From Eledone cirrhosa (taxonomy: Eukaryota), in the NCBI GenBank assembly GCA_964016885.1, contig OZ024742.1, positions 283,898,001 to 283,962,000 on the forward strand: a DNA stretch of 64,000 nucleotides. The letters run 5' to 3'. Both the position numbers and the translations under genes were made by a program. Shown one piece after another: positions 47,021 to 61,300 of this stretch. Every line of letters starts with the position of its first letter. Within the stretch, counting starts at the first letter, position 1. Below the pieces are notes generated by a model that was given only the letters and a program-made list of their open reading frames with translations, was not told where the DNA came from and did not search any database.

Positions 47021-48546
47021 AACCAGTAAGACCCCGACAGCTGAGCTCAAGCCGTTTCGACGGCTAATTCTGGACTAAATGAAAATTTATCCTGGTATTT
47101 AAATAGCCGATCTTCTCAAGGGGTAATTCCATATATGGTCAAAGTGATTGTCAAAAATCAGTAGTGATTCTGTGGTTGCAAATTAGTAGGGGAGATGGTG
47201 GCTAAACCTGCCAGTAGGAGAAAGAGGGGAGGGGGTGGAGTAGACCCAATCAAGCGTTGGTAGTGCCAGCTACAGCTGGGCATGAGGTCAAAGAAGATAC
47301 AGGGGAGGGGGAGGGGGAGGAAGTCGGAACGGTAGGTAGAACAATGGGGGGTAGAAATAGGAAAGAAAAAATACTGAGAGTGAAGAAAAGCAAATAAGTG
47401 TAAAGAAAAAAGTAAAGTAAATTAAATTCTACGACCTAGGTGTCAGGCTATTGTTAGGCGAGAATAAAATAAAGAAAGAAAGGAAGAAGTAAATAAATAA
47501 ATAAATAAATAAGGAAATAAGTAAGAGAACTAGGTGGGACGGATAAGGCAAGGACCCTTTTAAGAGGTATAAGTACGTAAATGATACGGTGACGGGTCAA
47601 CAAAAGGGGCCAAAATACTAAAGAGACTACCACGAAATAAACAATAAAGGTTTCCATCCCGGGCCAGCAACGACCCAGTGCAGCAAAGTGAACTTGTACG
47701 AGATAATAATTCTGAGTCCCGAGAAAAATATATACTAATGCTAACTCTAAAAGATCTAAAACAAGCTACATGAAAGTTCGTACGAAATAAAGGTAGAATA
47801 CGGAGAAATAAATTCAGAATCCACCCCGCCCAGAAGAAAAGCGAAGCAAGAAATACTGAAACGAAAAAATAAGGCATATTACGTTTGAGCTCTCGATGCT
47901 CTTACAGAGCAGAGTATAATATCACATAAGAAACGGAGAATCAGTGGTGCCACGAGTTAGAATTTATTAGGCATATTACAATCGTTTTTCTGGAGACCTG
48001 CTCGAGGCTCGATCGATGCGAGGGTCGAACCTGACTCTCAAATCGCAAGTTCTTCAGATATGTCTCTATCTCTCGAAGCAGAATTTCCAAACGTCCTGTT
48101 TATCCCGCCTGCCTTCGTTCGCCAGCATCTATCCTGTTCTTGTCGGTCGATGAGTGGTCATGAATTGTACACGTCATCGGTATTTCTGACCATTCATGGC
48201 CGTCCATTTTTCTCATTCCATTCATATGTCACCTGTCAATCAAAGTTGGTCCTTTTAACGAGATTATTGCTGTAGGAGATAAGGGGTTGCATGAGTGAAA
48301 TGCCTACGTACTGCCACAGCCGTCTCGGCCTGTAGACACCCACACACGTATTCCTGGTGCACGCAAGCGCAATACATATGGGCTCGTATACACACACAAC
48401 AATCATACACACACCTGCAACTGTAATATATTCGAAAATCACAGTAAATATTAAATGTGCAGCGAATACTTTGGAAAAGATTTGTAAAAATCTTAGAAAA
48501 ACATGTCTGTACATATACTTGGAGAGAATCAGTAAAAATTATACAC

Positions 48547-49277
48547 CATATGAGTGCTAAAGCTACAAACCGAATAAGCATACACGCTAGCTTGGCCGTA
48601 TACTAGAGCTTCGTCTATGCTGTACTAAAATTTATATTTACTCATAGAATTAACGATTAACTGATTAATTTTATTTGATGATTCTATTGATTAATTAATT
48701 GTTTAAGTTTGTTTGATAACTTCTAGTCGAGTGCTTTATTCGGTTTGAATAAGGGGATTCATTCCTTTATCTCAAATTAGAATACACCGCCTAAGCGGGG
48801 GTTACCTCCCTTCGGACAAAACCATGTGTCTGTGGCGACCTTTAAAGTCACAGCATACCCGCTTTGGCTAAGAACGGCAGACTTGCTGAAGAAGTAAATC
48901 CTATGTTCTGTCGTCAAAAACCATTATATTGCCGACTCCTGCAATAGGAATTTGTCGATCATGGATTTGCAGAAACTTAGCGCTGTCGATGCGTGTGATT
49001 TTGCGATCAATATTGTGGAAACACCATGTGGATTGTATATTTTACACCCAGCCTCAGCGTTATGTCCAGGTCAGTAAAAAATCTTTACCTGGGTCCTGTA
49101 TTTTCGTTGCTCTAGTGATGCGATCGGACTGTCGACTGCTATATATAATTTGCTAAGCTGTCTGAACATAATGTTATACTCTGGGGTCTTACCTCATATG
49201 AGTGCTTAAGCTACAAACCGAATAAGCATACACGCTAGCTTGGCCGTATACTAGAGCTTCGTCTATGCTGTACTAAA

Positions 49278-49282
<5 letters not shown>
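48547..49282 (+). repeat. Unclassified repeat (same family as 14667-15600) with an ~88-bp direct terminal duplication
   Basis: CATATGAGTGCT..AGCTACAAACCG...GCTGTACTAAAATTTAT at 48547-48634 and 49195-49282, followed by (TA)n. Confidence 0.8.
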
Positions 49283-49338
<56 letters not shown>

Positions 49339-49966
49339 GGGAAGAAAGAAGAAAACTGCGTGGTTGCACATGGGTTACATATTATAAAATTAGTCCCTCA
49401 TCAGTGATTTGCCAACCATCATTGGTATTTCATCGCATTAAAAATCATATACCTCAGGTTGGTGCGAGCAATAACTAAAATAAGCTATTGGGACAAGTGA
49501 ATCGCGTAAAGCGAGTGAGACAAGTAAACAACATAGAAGGAAAAGCAAACCGAAGGTAGGAAAAAAGCAAGCAACATGATGGTTATCCGACCAGCATAAG
49601 CTGGGTGAATTTCATGAGCGGTCAGAAAACAGACCGTCCGACGTGAATGAGATGTGAGAAAGAAAGAATCCCACTACTAACGAACGGGAGGAAGTGAGAA
49701 GGGGAGAAACAGAGAGTGAGTGAGTGGAAGTGCGAGGAAGAGGTCAGTCGAGAGAAAGTGTAACTGACAGAGGGGGCGAAAAAAGGTGAGAGAAACAGAG
49801 AGAACGGGGGAGCAGAAAGAGAGAAACAAACAATCGCAGTCGAGGTAAATATATATATGTATGTATGTGTATAATTTTTACTGATTCTCTCCAAGTATAT
49901 GTACAGACATGTTTTTCTAAGATTTTTACAAATTGGCTTTTTGCTACAATATTTTCTATACCTTTC

Positions 49967-49999
<33 letters not shown>

Positions 50000-50006
<7 letters not shown>

Positions 50007-50314
50007 AGATCAAAAGATGGTTAAAAGAGTTCCAAGTATTTTATTATGCGCATTTCAAAAACAAATATCATCATGGGATGATATCTGCGTTCTCATCAGA
50101 TAAAATAGGGAGACATGATATGAAGCTTAAAAAACACTTGTGAATAGTGAAGTTTTAAATCAACATATATTCACAAGTGTTTTTTAAGCTTCATATTATG
50201 TCTCCCTATTTTATCTGATGAGAACGCAGATATCATCCCATGATGATATTTGTTTTTAAAATGCGCATAATAAAATACTTGGAACTCTTTTAACCATCTT
50301 TTGACCTTATATTA
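50000..50314. repeat. Fold-back with ~147-bp arms and a ~21-nt spacer
   Basis: AATATAAGATCAAAAGATGG...CTTGTGAATA, then spacer, then the reverse complement. Confidence 0.93.
50037..50107 (-). ncRNA. Type I hammerhead ribozyme motif with palindromic stem III
   Basis: TATTTTAT-CTGATGA-long stem II (GCAGATATCATC/GATGATATTTGT)-GAAA-TGCGCA-TA-ATAAAATA. The + copy at 50207-50277 has GAAA changed to AAAA. Confidence 0.72.
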
Positions 50315-50396
50315 TTTATACTCCAGTCCTACAAACTGTAGAGTGCTACTTATCCGATATTTGCATTGCTTTATTGTGCTACAATAAAACTCACCT

Positions 50397-50468
<72 letters not shown>

Positions 50469-51139
50469 TAGAGGCGTATAAATACAGTGCATACTGAAGG
50501 GTACAATGAATATGTAGTAAATGCCCAGAAACTACTTAAAGACATTTAAAAACACAAAAAAAAACTCTTTAAAAAAGAAATATATATATATATATATATA
50601 TATTACACGCATGCATATACCGTAATATTTTTTTACTCCTTATTAAGGAAAAAAAAAATCATACGATTTTTTTTTTGTTTTTGTTTTTTACTACACACCT
50701 ATGCTTGAGACCAGGTGTAATGGAGAACATCTGCTCGAGTGTAGCGGTAAGCGACATCAGTGACATGTGAAACTATATTTGTATTAGTTTGCTGTGTTTT
50801 GCTGGGTCGACGGTGTATTTCTGGGTCGTTGTATTTCTGGACCAGCGTAGAAGTTTGTTTTTATTTCTCAAAAATTACAACAAACATTGAATTTATTGAC
50901 ATAATATTCTTTTATTTTTTTACTGTAAAATCATACGATTTTTTTTTACAGTAAAATATATAGACAATAATATATATATATATAGACAGACAACAATACT
51001 TACTACCATAGGCGCTGAGATGGCCAGTGAGCCTCGCGACATTAGATAAAATAATTGAGCAATGTCGTAAGATTTTGCTCTTATTGCACATTAATAGTGT
51101 TTCTATTTTTCGGCACAAAGTCATACCGCAGTCTGTATT

Positions 51140-51265
51140 TTACTGTATTTTATCGAACTGGTAAGGATGAAAGGGAAAGTTAACCTTGGCGGGATTTGAA
51201 CTTAGAACGCAAAGGGCCATAACAATGCTGCAAAGCATGGTGTCTGACGCTCTACCAATACTTGT
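51140..51265 (-). mobile_element. tRNA-derived SINE fragment
   Basis: Minus strand GTTCAAATCCCGCCAAGG...CTTTCATCC; same family as 52588 and 56285. Confidence 0.6.
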
Positions 51266-52587
51266 GTTGAGCTGGTCACCAATTTGTGGTGGTCGTGTGT
51301 GGAGTAGAACAACAAGCGTTAATCGAAATAGTATGAACAAAACATTTTTATTTGTCGAAGAACATATTTTCAATACTGTTTGTGAATGGGCATCTACTTA
51401 TAGTGACAGTATATTACTGGTACTTTATTTTATTGACCCCGTAAGGATGAAAGGCAAAGTTAATACTGACAATAATGCAAATGTGTAATAGTGAAAATGT
51501 GCGCCTTTTCAATAATTTATCGTCTGCTCACGTTGCATTAAAGGGAAATAACTCGTCTCTCAACTGTATTTATACATTTTAACTGAAACATCAATATTAC
51601 ACATTCGATTTGAAATTTTATTTGACCGATCTCTCCGCTGGAGCTTAGTCTATAAGTTTAGATATGTGGCGACCGTTTTAGTAGAGAGACAGACAACCTC
51701 AGTTTTATATATATATACATATCAAAGATTTTTAAACGCGTGACACACATTTCTACAATGTTTTTAGAAAAATTATTTTTACAAATATTTACAAACAAAG
51801 TGCAGTTCGTATTACAATCGGAACTCTGCCTATACTCGATTGCAATATATAAAGAGGAACAAGATACAAAGATATATTTCTTTATTTGGCACAAGGGCGC
51901 ACAAAAATGGTACATTACAGAACATGAATATACGCTATTTTGAAGTGTTTAAACATTTTTTTACAAGCAAAAATTTAGAATCGTTTTGTACAAACGATAA
52001 ATTTAAAAATATTTGTACAAACTTTTACGATAGACTTTCATTTTATATATTGACCGCCTAACCCTAACCCTAATGTCAATATATTACATTTGTTTTTAAA
52101 ATAGTTAATATAAATTTTAAAAAATCATATTACGACGAAATAACAAAAACAAATGAACTAGGAAAACAAACAAAAAAACATGGTGGATGCTTTTGAGCAA
52201 CACTTACTCTGATTGGTTGAAAATTAGCCAATGGCTTGTAATCACCACGGCCACGGCCAGACCGTGAAAAAAAATTGACGATCTACACATATATGTTAGA
52301 ACACTAAAGTGACTTAAACATTCTGTTGTTAATCACTTCGTGTCTAACAGATTTGGTATTTAAGAATAAACGTGAACATATACACGGTCTCACACGCGCG
52401 CGCACTACAGCACAGTACGAACGTCATTTGGTATTTGAGAATATTCATGAGCGCTCTTTTTAAGGCCAGCCTGATAGACAAGTTGTATATATAGCTTTAT
52501 TGTGTGTGGTCAAATGACGTTAACTGAGATTAATATATTGTTATATATCGTTATTATAATAAACATTATAATAAACATTATAATAAG

Positions 52588-52770
52588 GTGGATTAGCAGT
52601 ATCGGTAGAGAGTCGGACGCCTTGCTTTCCAGCATAGTTACGTCCCTTTACGGTCTGAGTTCAAATCCCGCCGAGGTTGACTTTGCCTTTCATCCTTACG
52701 GGGTCGATAAAATAAAGTACCAGTAATACACTGGCATAATTGCTGGCCTTGTGCCAAAAAGTAGAAAGAG
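52588..52770 (+). mobile_element. tRNA-derived SINE
   Basis: B-box-like GAGTTCAAATCCC, body GACTTTGCCTTTCATCC..GGGGTCGATAAAAT..GTACCAGT, tail TTGCTGGCCTTGTGCCAAAA. Repeated at 56285-56520 and in part at 36550-36740 and 55910-55960. Confidence 0.7.
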
Positions 52771-53099
52771 TTATTATAATAAACATTTTTTTTTTTACTA
52801 ATTACCGTATTTCTCGGCGTCAAAGACGCTACTTTTTTCCTAAAATAAGTCCAAAAAATCTACCATGCGTCCTGGAGGCCGAAGGTTGTTTATTTACTTT
52901 TTCAAATTTTTGTTTGTCAAAATTAGGGTGCGTCCTCGAGGACGAAGCGTCTTCGGCGTAAATAATAAAGAATTTAATATTTAATCAAACATAAAGAAAA
53001 AGAAAGCAGCATTGCAAATAAGAGAAAAAATGGGGAAAGAGCAAGGATTATTAAGCAACGAAAGAAAGAAAGAGGAAATGGGAGAGGCTGACAGACTCT

Positions 53100-54560
53100 A
53101 CACCTAAGTCAGAGTGTTGTTTCGGCTGCTCCCTGAGGACAAAATGGCAAAGGCATTGCAGCGGACAGTGGCCAGCGACACCCACTGCAACAGCCACCCC
53201 TTCTCACGGGGCTCCTTCCTCAGACGGGATGCTGTCATTCCGATTTTACGGAGGATGTCAGCTATACGGAGTCCGAGGAAGCGGCCAGTATTTGATTACC
53301 TTCCTGACTTCTGTATTGCGGGCCGTGGTACCGGGGTTTGTGACCGAGGCGACTAAGTTAGAGGCGGAGAACGTGTCACAGCATGTCGTGTCCCAGATGA
53401 GGAATTTACCTCCTTCAAATAAAAAGAGGATAATTCCGTCGGGGCGCTTGACGGCTCCACGGTCGAAACCTACTGGCTCCAGTTGGGATAAGAAGCCGGC
53501 TGCGTCTATGCTCCTTCTCATTATGTCATTCAGAGCGACATGTTGGGGGAACCGGCTTGTGAGTAGAACTGGAGGCATGAGAGTAGGTGCAGGCCGAATT
53601 CGTTGGCGACAGCTCCACAATAACATTTGTGTGGCTCACACAAGCGGAGGCCGATGTGTTAGGCCACTCCGATGCTAGTGTAGTCGTCATCAAGAAGGGG
53701 AACGGAGTCAGAGTCAATTTGCCTGAAAGTAGATCTACACTTGATGTCGTCCCAGTTACGTTGGACATTTGTATACTGAAGGACAGAGAGGCCTGCGCTA
53801 ACTCCAGTTCTTGAACCTCGCCAGGTTCAGCCGTCTTGCTGAGGACCTCACTGATGAGGGCACGACTGGGAGAAATTGAGGAGAGGTAGACCGGCAGTGC
53901 CAGATCCGATGCAGATCACAGGCTGAGGTCACAGAACCTCGTGGTTTGTCAAAACTAATATTGCAGATGAGTTCCGCATAGCGTCGGGTGGTGGCATCGA
54001 ATTCACCAAGGCGATCTGCAAGAGGGTGACAGAGTGCACCGTGAACAGGAATTTGGGAAGGACAAAGCAGTTCCCCAGAAGGAAGAGCGCTGGGTGCGTC
54101 TCTCCACCATCCTCGACAGGTCTGCATACTTTGTCTCCAGGCACTCTCGAATGACTTTCGAGCGAAATGGAGAGCCAAGAATGAAGACGGCATCTTTGGG
54201 CGTTAGCCGAGCCCCGCACAAGACTGATGGATGCTGAGCACGGCGTTGTGGAATTCGGCCTCGTCGTAGCTTACGTTTACCACCTAGGAGTTGGATGGGT
54301 TGATTTCAAATCTGAGGATTTTTAGAGCATTTCTCAACTACCAGTTCAGCCGAGCCACACGGGGTCGCGTTGTCTAGGTATCAAACTTTGATGAGCGACC
54401 GGGCAGAGCTGGCAACGTTATCGACGGATAGCACAAAAGAGCGGACCGAGTGGGTCCTCTTCTTTGGACACCCGTAGTGAATGTGACCTTGTTGTCAACA
54501 GCCATGAGTATGCTGGGTGTTCCGTACGAGAGGTGAGCAAGAGAGACTATCTAGGGAGCT
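53100..54560 (-). mobile_element. Degenerate CRE-clade non-LTR retrotransposon (RT to restriction-like endonuclease)
   Basis: HVALNDIMRRS...LEPVG...KRPDGI..FEGGK.LIWDTTCCDTF; ILGSP; YLDN-like RT remnant near 54375. Confidence 0.7.
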
Positions 54561-54994
54561 CGTCTATATTATCTGTCATTTGAAACATCTGGCAGAAGTG
54601 TCTCCGCTTTTCCGGTGACAATAGGCAGCAATTGAACCCAGAATACACAGAGCTGTAACAAATACCCCAAAGCATCAATAATTTGGCTTGGGAATTTCAT
54701 TAAGAGTACACGTGCCTATGGGATACTCTGCCACTTACACTATCATACAAGATGGATTGATTCTGTTGCCACACATTGCGTTGCGTTGATTCTGCCTGTG
54801 AATTGCGTTATGTGTACCCGTGTCTATGGAATACTCAGCCACTTGCATGATAATTTCCCGAGTAGAAATTCACTTGGCCGAATAACTGAATGCTGATTGC
54901 CAAAAACCATTGTGGCGGTCTTCATGTGTGTGCATGGGTATATTTGTGCGTGTGTCTGTGTTTGTGTATGAATATGTCTGCATATGATTGTATC

Positions 54995-55080
<86 letters not shown>

Positions 55081-56284
55081 CGCGCGCGTGTGTGTATAAC
55101 CGTGTATAACCGCATGTCTGTATAGTTTAGTCACTCTATGTTCTGTATTGAAAATCTGGGTTGGGTTTACTGTAGCACTTAGATTGTATTCGAAAGTTTA
55201 CCTATTGTATCTTACTCTACACACGAATGTCTTAAAAGCTTTCCCACTCATTTCTGACCGACAATAACACTACTTTCTCGCACAGTAGCTGGTATTTCGT
55301 TTGAACAAAATAATTATATCATTGCATCTAAAAATCTAAGTTGAAATTATAAATAATGTGTTATTAATATCGGCGTAGCATAGAATGTTTTGCGATATTC
55401 ATTCTGGCCCTCTGCACACAGAGTTCACATTCCACTGAGGTCAGCTTTGCCTTTCAACCTTTTAAATGTAAAGTTTTTCCCCAAACTGGAGGCTCATCAA
55501 GTCGGTACTTATCCCGATTTCATTGGCGTTAAGCGACTGCGAGTACAAGAATCCCCTCGGGACAGGACGCCTGTCTATCGCAGGACTAATTGCTACTTAT
55601 TTTCAGTTGAGTGTACTGGTATAACGTAAAATGAAGAACACAGCGTGCAACCCGGTACAGGATCGAACTCACGACATTGTGGTCGTAAGTCCAGTACCTT
55701 AACCATTAAGCCTTCACTTTCGTCCTCCTGAGCTTCAGCGTATTGCTCCAATCATTTTGGGGAGTGCAGACGTTTATAATTTTCCGATAAAAATGACTAA
55801 TTTTAGAGAGTATACTGAGTGCGTTTTTGCGACAGCAACACAACCACTTTACAGACTTAACGAGGTATATTCTATGAAGACAGCAATACTAAAAATGTAT
55901 ATAATAAGGCACCAGTAATGCACTGGGGTAATTGTTGGCCTTGTGCCAAAAGTAGAAACAATTATTAACATCTTTATTCATTACTGTATTGTACATATTT
56001 AATTTTGTTTCGTGTAATTAAAATAAACAAGCAAAGTATATAATATTTTTTGAAAATTTAAGAATTTTCCGACAAAACTAAATTTTTGGACAACCATTTT
56101 TTTTTTTTTGTAGGGGGTGAGCAGCTGCACCCCACGCACCCCTAGTATTACACCACTGCTGTTTAGGTCGTTAAAATGAAGTACCAGTTAAGTAATGAAG
56201 TCGATTCAATCGACTGCCCACACCCCACTCCTACACACACCCACACAAAAGTTGCTGGTGTGGTGCATAAGTTAGAGATCATTT

Positions 56285-56520
56285 CTGAGTTCAAATCCCG
56301 CCGGGGTCAATTTTGCCTTTCATCCTTACGGGGTCGATAAAATGAAGTACCAGTAATGTACTGGTTAATTGCTGGCCTTGTGCCAAAAGTAGAAACAATT
56401 AATATGGGCGTCGGATAGAATGCATTGCGGTATTCGTTCCTGCTCTCAGCGCTCTGAGTTTAAATCCCGCAGAGGTCCACTTTGCCTTTCATCCTTTTCG
56501 GGTTGATATAGTACCAACCC
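56285..56520 (+). mobile_element. Two tandem SINE fragments
   Basis: CTGAGTT(C/T)AAATCCCGC..GGTC..TTTGCCTTTCATCC occurs twice. Confidence 0.65.
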
Positions 56521-58362
56521 AATATTGGAATCACCCCCCCCCCCCCCCTCTCTCCTCTCTCCTTATCTCGTTCCTCTCTGGGAAAAATCTGTTGTGTTCC
56601 GACCTGAAAAGGAATGCGCAGCCATCAAGGAGCAGACGGATGATCAAATATTCCAGCCCTGACCATGGCGCTGTTTTTTCTCTTTATGTTTTCTGTTTTA
56701 AAGCAATAAACTACATGTGAAAAGGCAAAGCCTAGTGGTTATGTTGTTGGACTCACGATCATAGATTTAATCCCCGGACTGGGCGGCGCATTGTGTTCTT
56801 GAGCAGGACACTTCATTTCACATCGCTCCAGTCAACTCAGCTGAGAAAGTATTTGTAGTAGTAGTAGTAGCAGCAGCAACTGGGGATTAATTCCTGCAAT
56901 GGTCTGGCGTCTTATCATGATATATTTGGGGGCCTTATCCTTAAAATACTAAAAAAAACTGTGAGATGAAGCTTCGTAGGATGGCAGCTAAACCTACATA
57001 GGTTTAAGCTGTAACAACAATAAACTATGTTGTCTAATGTGTCCTTTCTGTTTAAATACACATTAGCGTCATACACTTTTTATTTTCAATTTTTTTTTTC
57101 CGGGGACACCGGAAGTCTAGATGGAGACCAACACAGCTCAGTCAATACTTGTCTAAATGTCTGCAGATTTGTTAGATATAAAATATACATTTACATACTC
57201 TTTGAGCAAGGCTCTTTATTTTAACGTTGCTCTTGCTCACTCGGTTGAAAAAAATGAATTGAACCTTCAAATTCAAAGGGCCAGCCTTGCCACATATTGT
57301 GTTGCACTGAATCTCACTGAGAACTACATTAAGAGTACACATGTCTGTGCAATGCTCATCCACATGCATGTTAATTTTACGAGTACGCTGTTCTGTTGAT
57401 CAAACGGTTGAAACATTAGTCATCGGGACCGACGGAGGTCCAACATACTTTCTTGGCCATATAGTCGTAAAAATTGATCGAATTTGCTTAAATTTCGCGA
57501 CACACCTACAGATTAATCGTAAACAGATCTATTTTAAATAACAACAACACTACAGATATTTAAAAACGGAAGGGAAGAGCAACGGCTCTAGGGTCACAGT
57601 AGAATGGTAGGGGAAAGAGGGAAGGTGATGGGCTTTAGAACTAGGGCGCGGCGGTGTTGGAGCTGCGCCCCGCGGACAAGAGAGAAATACGAGAAAGATT
57701 ATTGGATAACTTGGTTGGTCTCGCTTGGGAGTCCGACCAGATCATTTGGTGACGGTTGCGTCTGATAGAATCCTTTGGATGACATATACGAAGACGCTGC
57801 TCCCACGACCCTCTCAAGAAGAAGAAGAAGAAGAAGAAGAAGAAGAAGAAGAAGAAGAAGAAGATATAATGGTTTCTTATATATGCACAAGGCCAGCAAG
57901 AAGATATAATGAAATGAAAAGGAAATTTATAGCTCGCTCCTATGTAGGTTTAACTAGCCTCCTACAAGGTTACATTTCATGAGAGGTTTCTTGGATGTTT
58001 TAATGATAGGGGTATCAGTCAAGAAGCGAACTGATCATTTAGGCAATGTTCGGTGGACAGCAGCTGGACTGGGTAAAAATAATAATAATAGATATTTTTA
58101 GAAATGAAAAATATGTTGAACGATGGAGAATAGCTGTGAAAACAGCTTTAGAAAATGGGATAAAAATTCCCCTATAGACAGAAAAAATAACCAACAGCCG
58201 CTATAGAGAATCGAACTCTGTACCTCAGAGTTCGATTCTCTGGTCCTCAACAATCTGTTAATCAGAGTCGCCCGGACTGGTTTTAAAACCCTGTACGCTT
58301 CTACCCCGGTTATATCATAAATGCATAGAGTGACTTACTTTAACTGGGTGGGCATTGAAACC

Positions 58363-61300
58363 ATGATTTCTTTATTGGCCACAAGGGCTGACATCAAGAA
58401 AAACATTACAGACGGCACAGGACGGTACAGGACGGTACGATATGGGTTTTGCGCGTGTAAATATTTTTATTATTTATATAAGAAAAGAAAAAAAAGACAC
58501 AGAAACATATATATAAACAATAAAAATGAAAATTGAAACAATGAAAAATTCCCCAATAGGGGGAAACCTCCGAGGGTTACTCGTGGCGAAAACCACATAA
58601 AAGACGACGGCCACCCTGACCACCAGGGCAAGCGCCTTCTCTCAATTTTTCCATCTCTCAAACTACAGACGTATATTCAGAGCGGTCCCGTTCACTCGGA
58701 CCATTCTCGCTACATTCACCCACCTTTCAACAAACTTGCTAGAAGACAGCACTTGCCTCTCCACCCTGATTTTCCTCTTCAAGAGAAACTTGAAAAAGTT
58801 AATTAGGGATTCGCCGAAGAGGAAAGTGTTTGTCTTTAACCCTTTCAACCTTGTCCACCACACAATCTCTTTCTGCATGGCCACCAGGCAGATGAAAACC
58901 GCCTGCCCTTCCTCCTTGAAGGAAGACGGCGAGACCATCTGCACAATGGACTCAGTCGATAACCGGATCAGTCCTACACGCGACAGCAACTGTTCGACAT
59001 AGCTCCACAAGTCAGCAATGCTCGGGCACTGAACGAGTGCGTGCACGACGGTTTCGTCGCTCTGGGCGCATCTCGGACAGGCTCGGCTGACGGCACTTCC
59101 GTGCCTGTAGAGCTTATCTCGAACCGGCAGCGCTCCCCGGTAGCACTGCCAGGCCAGGGATTTTTGGAAGTTATCCATAGGCCCTGGGCTGAAAGTTCTC
59201 CGGAAGAGAGCAAACAGCTGAACTTCTTCGACGCCCAGGATCTCTCCAAGAACGTCGTCGCTCTTCCCCTCCACTAGTCCTCTATAGAATGCCGAGGTGG
59301 ATGTTCCACCGATACTGGTGCCCAGCTAGCAGAGGGCAGTGAGCGCCTGGAGACATTTCAGTTTCCAAGCGCTATCCCTCGGTCTTTTTCTGACCCAGGA
59401 CTGCAGCTCCGTCAAGGAGACGAGCTGTGGGAAAACGTGCCTGGCGAACGGCGACCACACCTGTTCACCGTCAAGGAAGAACTAGAGATGTCGCAGCCTC
59501 AGCGCATCATTGCGCATCATCAGCCATCATCAACCGCTGCTCCGGAACAGTTCAGCAAAGTACTGCTGAATAGCTTCACACATCTGCTCGGGTTCGAGCA
59601 ACACGCACCCGTTTGGGTCAGACAAAGACCGAATTGTGGCTTTGTTGCCACGTCGCGCCTCTGCCACCCGGGCCAATTGGACGGCATTTGTCCCCTCGTG
59701 TTTCAGAGCACGCGTTCTAGCTCTGACAACGCAGCCTTCGTGTTTTGCGTTGAAGAATTGGTCCAGTGCCAATCTCGCCGCAAGCACGTCGGTTGCGATG
59801 CCTGTCCTAAACGCCTCTTCTAGCTTTCTGACTAGCTCTCCCTCTACTCTATTTTCCTCTATCACTAGTCCTTTGCTAAACCTAATCGACTCTACTTTAA
59901 TTGCCCTTTTCAGGGCGAACCACCACCTGTTGTTGACGACCGCTCCCGTCAACGCCCGCTTAACTAATACGCTAATCCGGTCTCTGTAGGCTTTGCGCGC
60001 CGGGAACGACGCGTTCAGCTTCCAGTAACCGGGCCCTTGTCTATGAAATCTGTCTATGTCGATCTCACAGATCACAAATTTGTGGTCTGTGTAGTCGACT
60101 ATTTTAAATTGTGGACAACTTATACTAGCCTTATCTAGTTCTCGAAATACGATCTGGATGACCCGATGCGGTTTATTCATGTCTACATTGGCATATTCGG
60201 GTGATCCAGTCGATATCTGTCAGACAGTTCAAAACGTCTGAGCAGGTTGTTGAGGCTCTTGCACCCTCCTCCCCTATCCACTAGCCCCACACAATCCCAG
60301 CGTGCATCCAGGATACCGTTCCAGTCGCCCACTAACACTAAAGAGCGGGACGTTCCAAGAAAGGTCTCTAGACGTCTGAATAAATCTGGCCGTCCTGCCC
60401 CTGTTGGGGCGTAGACGGCTACTAGCCTGAAAGCATTGCCTTCGCTGCCGGTCACGTCCAGCACCACCGACTTACCTTCTGGGTCTAGGAAGATGGCTCG
60501 TATGGCGAGATCCAAACCTCTCCGAAAAAGGACGGCAACCCCTTCCCCCGATCCTGGACGGCTGGGAGATGCGTATACATCAAAGCCGCCGAAGATGGTT
60601 CGAAGGCTTGTGCTTCGGAGATTCTGGTCTCACTGATGGCCACCACATCTATGTTTAGTGACCTGAGGTCGTTGAGCTTGTGACCCTGCTTCCAAGATGA
60701 CCCCAGGCCACGTGCATTTATACTGCCTATTCTGAGTACGGCCATGTTGGATGAGAAACGGGGCAAGTGAGAAAGGGTCACTTACCTTGATCGTGTGATA
60801 AAGGGACAGTAGAACCGTCCCTTTGGCTGGTCATGGGTGTTTCCAAGAGGATGTCAGTGTATATCCTCTTGTTAACCGACCCTCTGAAGTCGCCAACTGC
60901 GTTGGGAATTTTTGTTTTAAAGGTTTGTACTGTTTTATTGAGATTTCAATGATGCTTATGTTTGTCGGGAGAGTTCTTGGTGTTGGTGGGGTGTAGTAGT
61001 TTTTTTTTGAGATGTCTGTGTGCTGTTTTATATATTGTATGAGTTCTTTTTTTACCATGTTTATGGCTGTGTACTTTTGAGGGGGGGGGGGGGGGATTTT
61101 GTTGCTGTTTGGTGTGTGCGTGTTTTGTTTTGTTTGTGTTGTTGGTATTTTTGGTGATGTTGGTGGTGGTGTGGTTGTTGTTGGCGGTGGTGCTTGTGGT
61201 GGTGATGGTGATGGTGATGGTGGTGGTGTTGCTGCAAGTTTCCTTGCTGCCTTTACCCCTCTTTGTGTGCCTTCGCTTTTGGAGGGTGAATCTAAGGGTT

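Noticed and set aside
52059-52073. TAACCCTAACCCTAA telomere-like motif
   Set aside because: Only ~2.5 units; common inside repeats and not a telomere.
52588-52680. tRNA gene
   Set aside because: A B-box-like motif is present but there is no cloverleaf; it is a repeated SINE head.
52803-52965. Possible Tc1/pogo-like MITE (TACCGTATTT start); isolated CAGGGTG TIR-like ends at ~18225 and ~45665
   Set aside because: No matching partner TIR could be identified with confidence.
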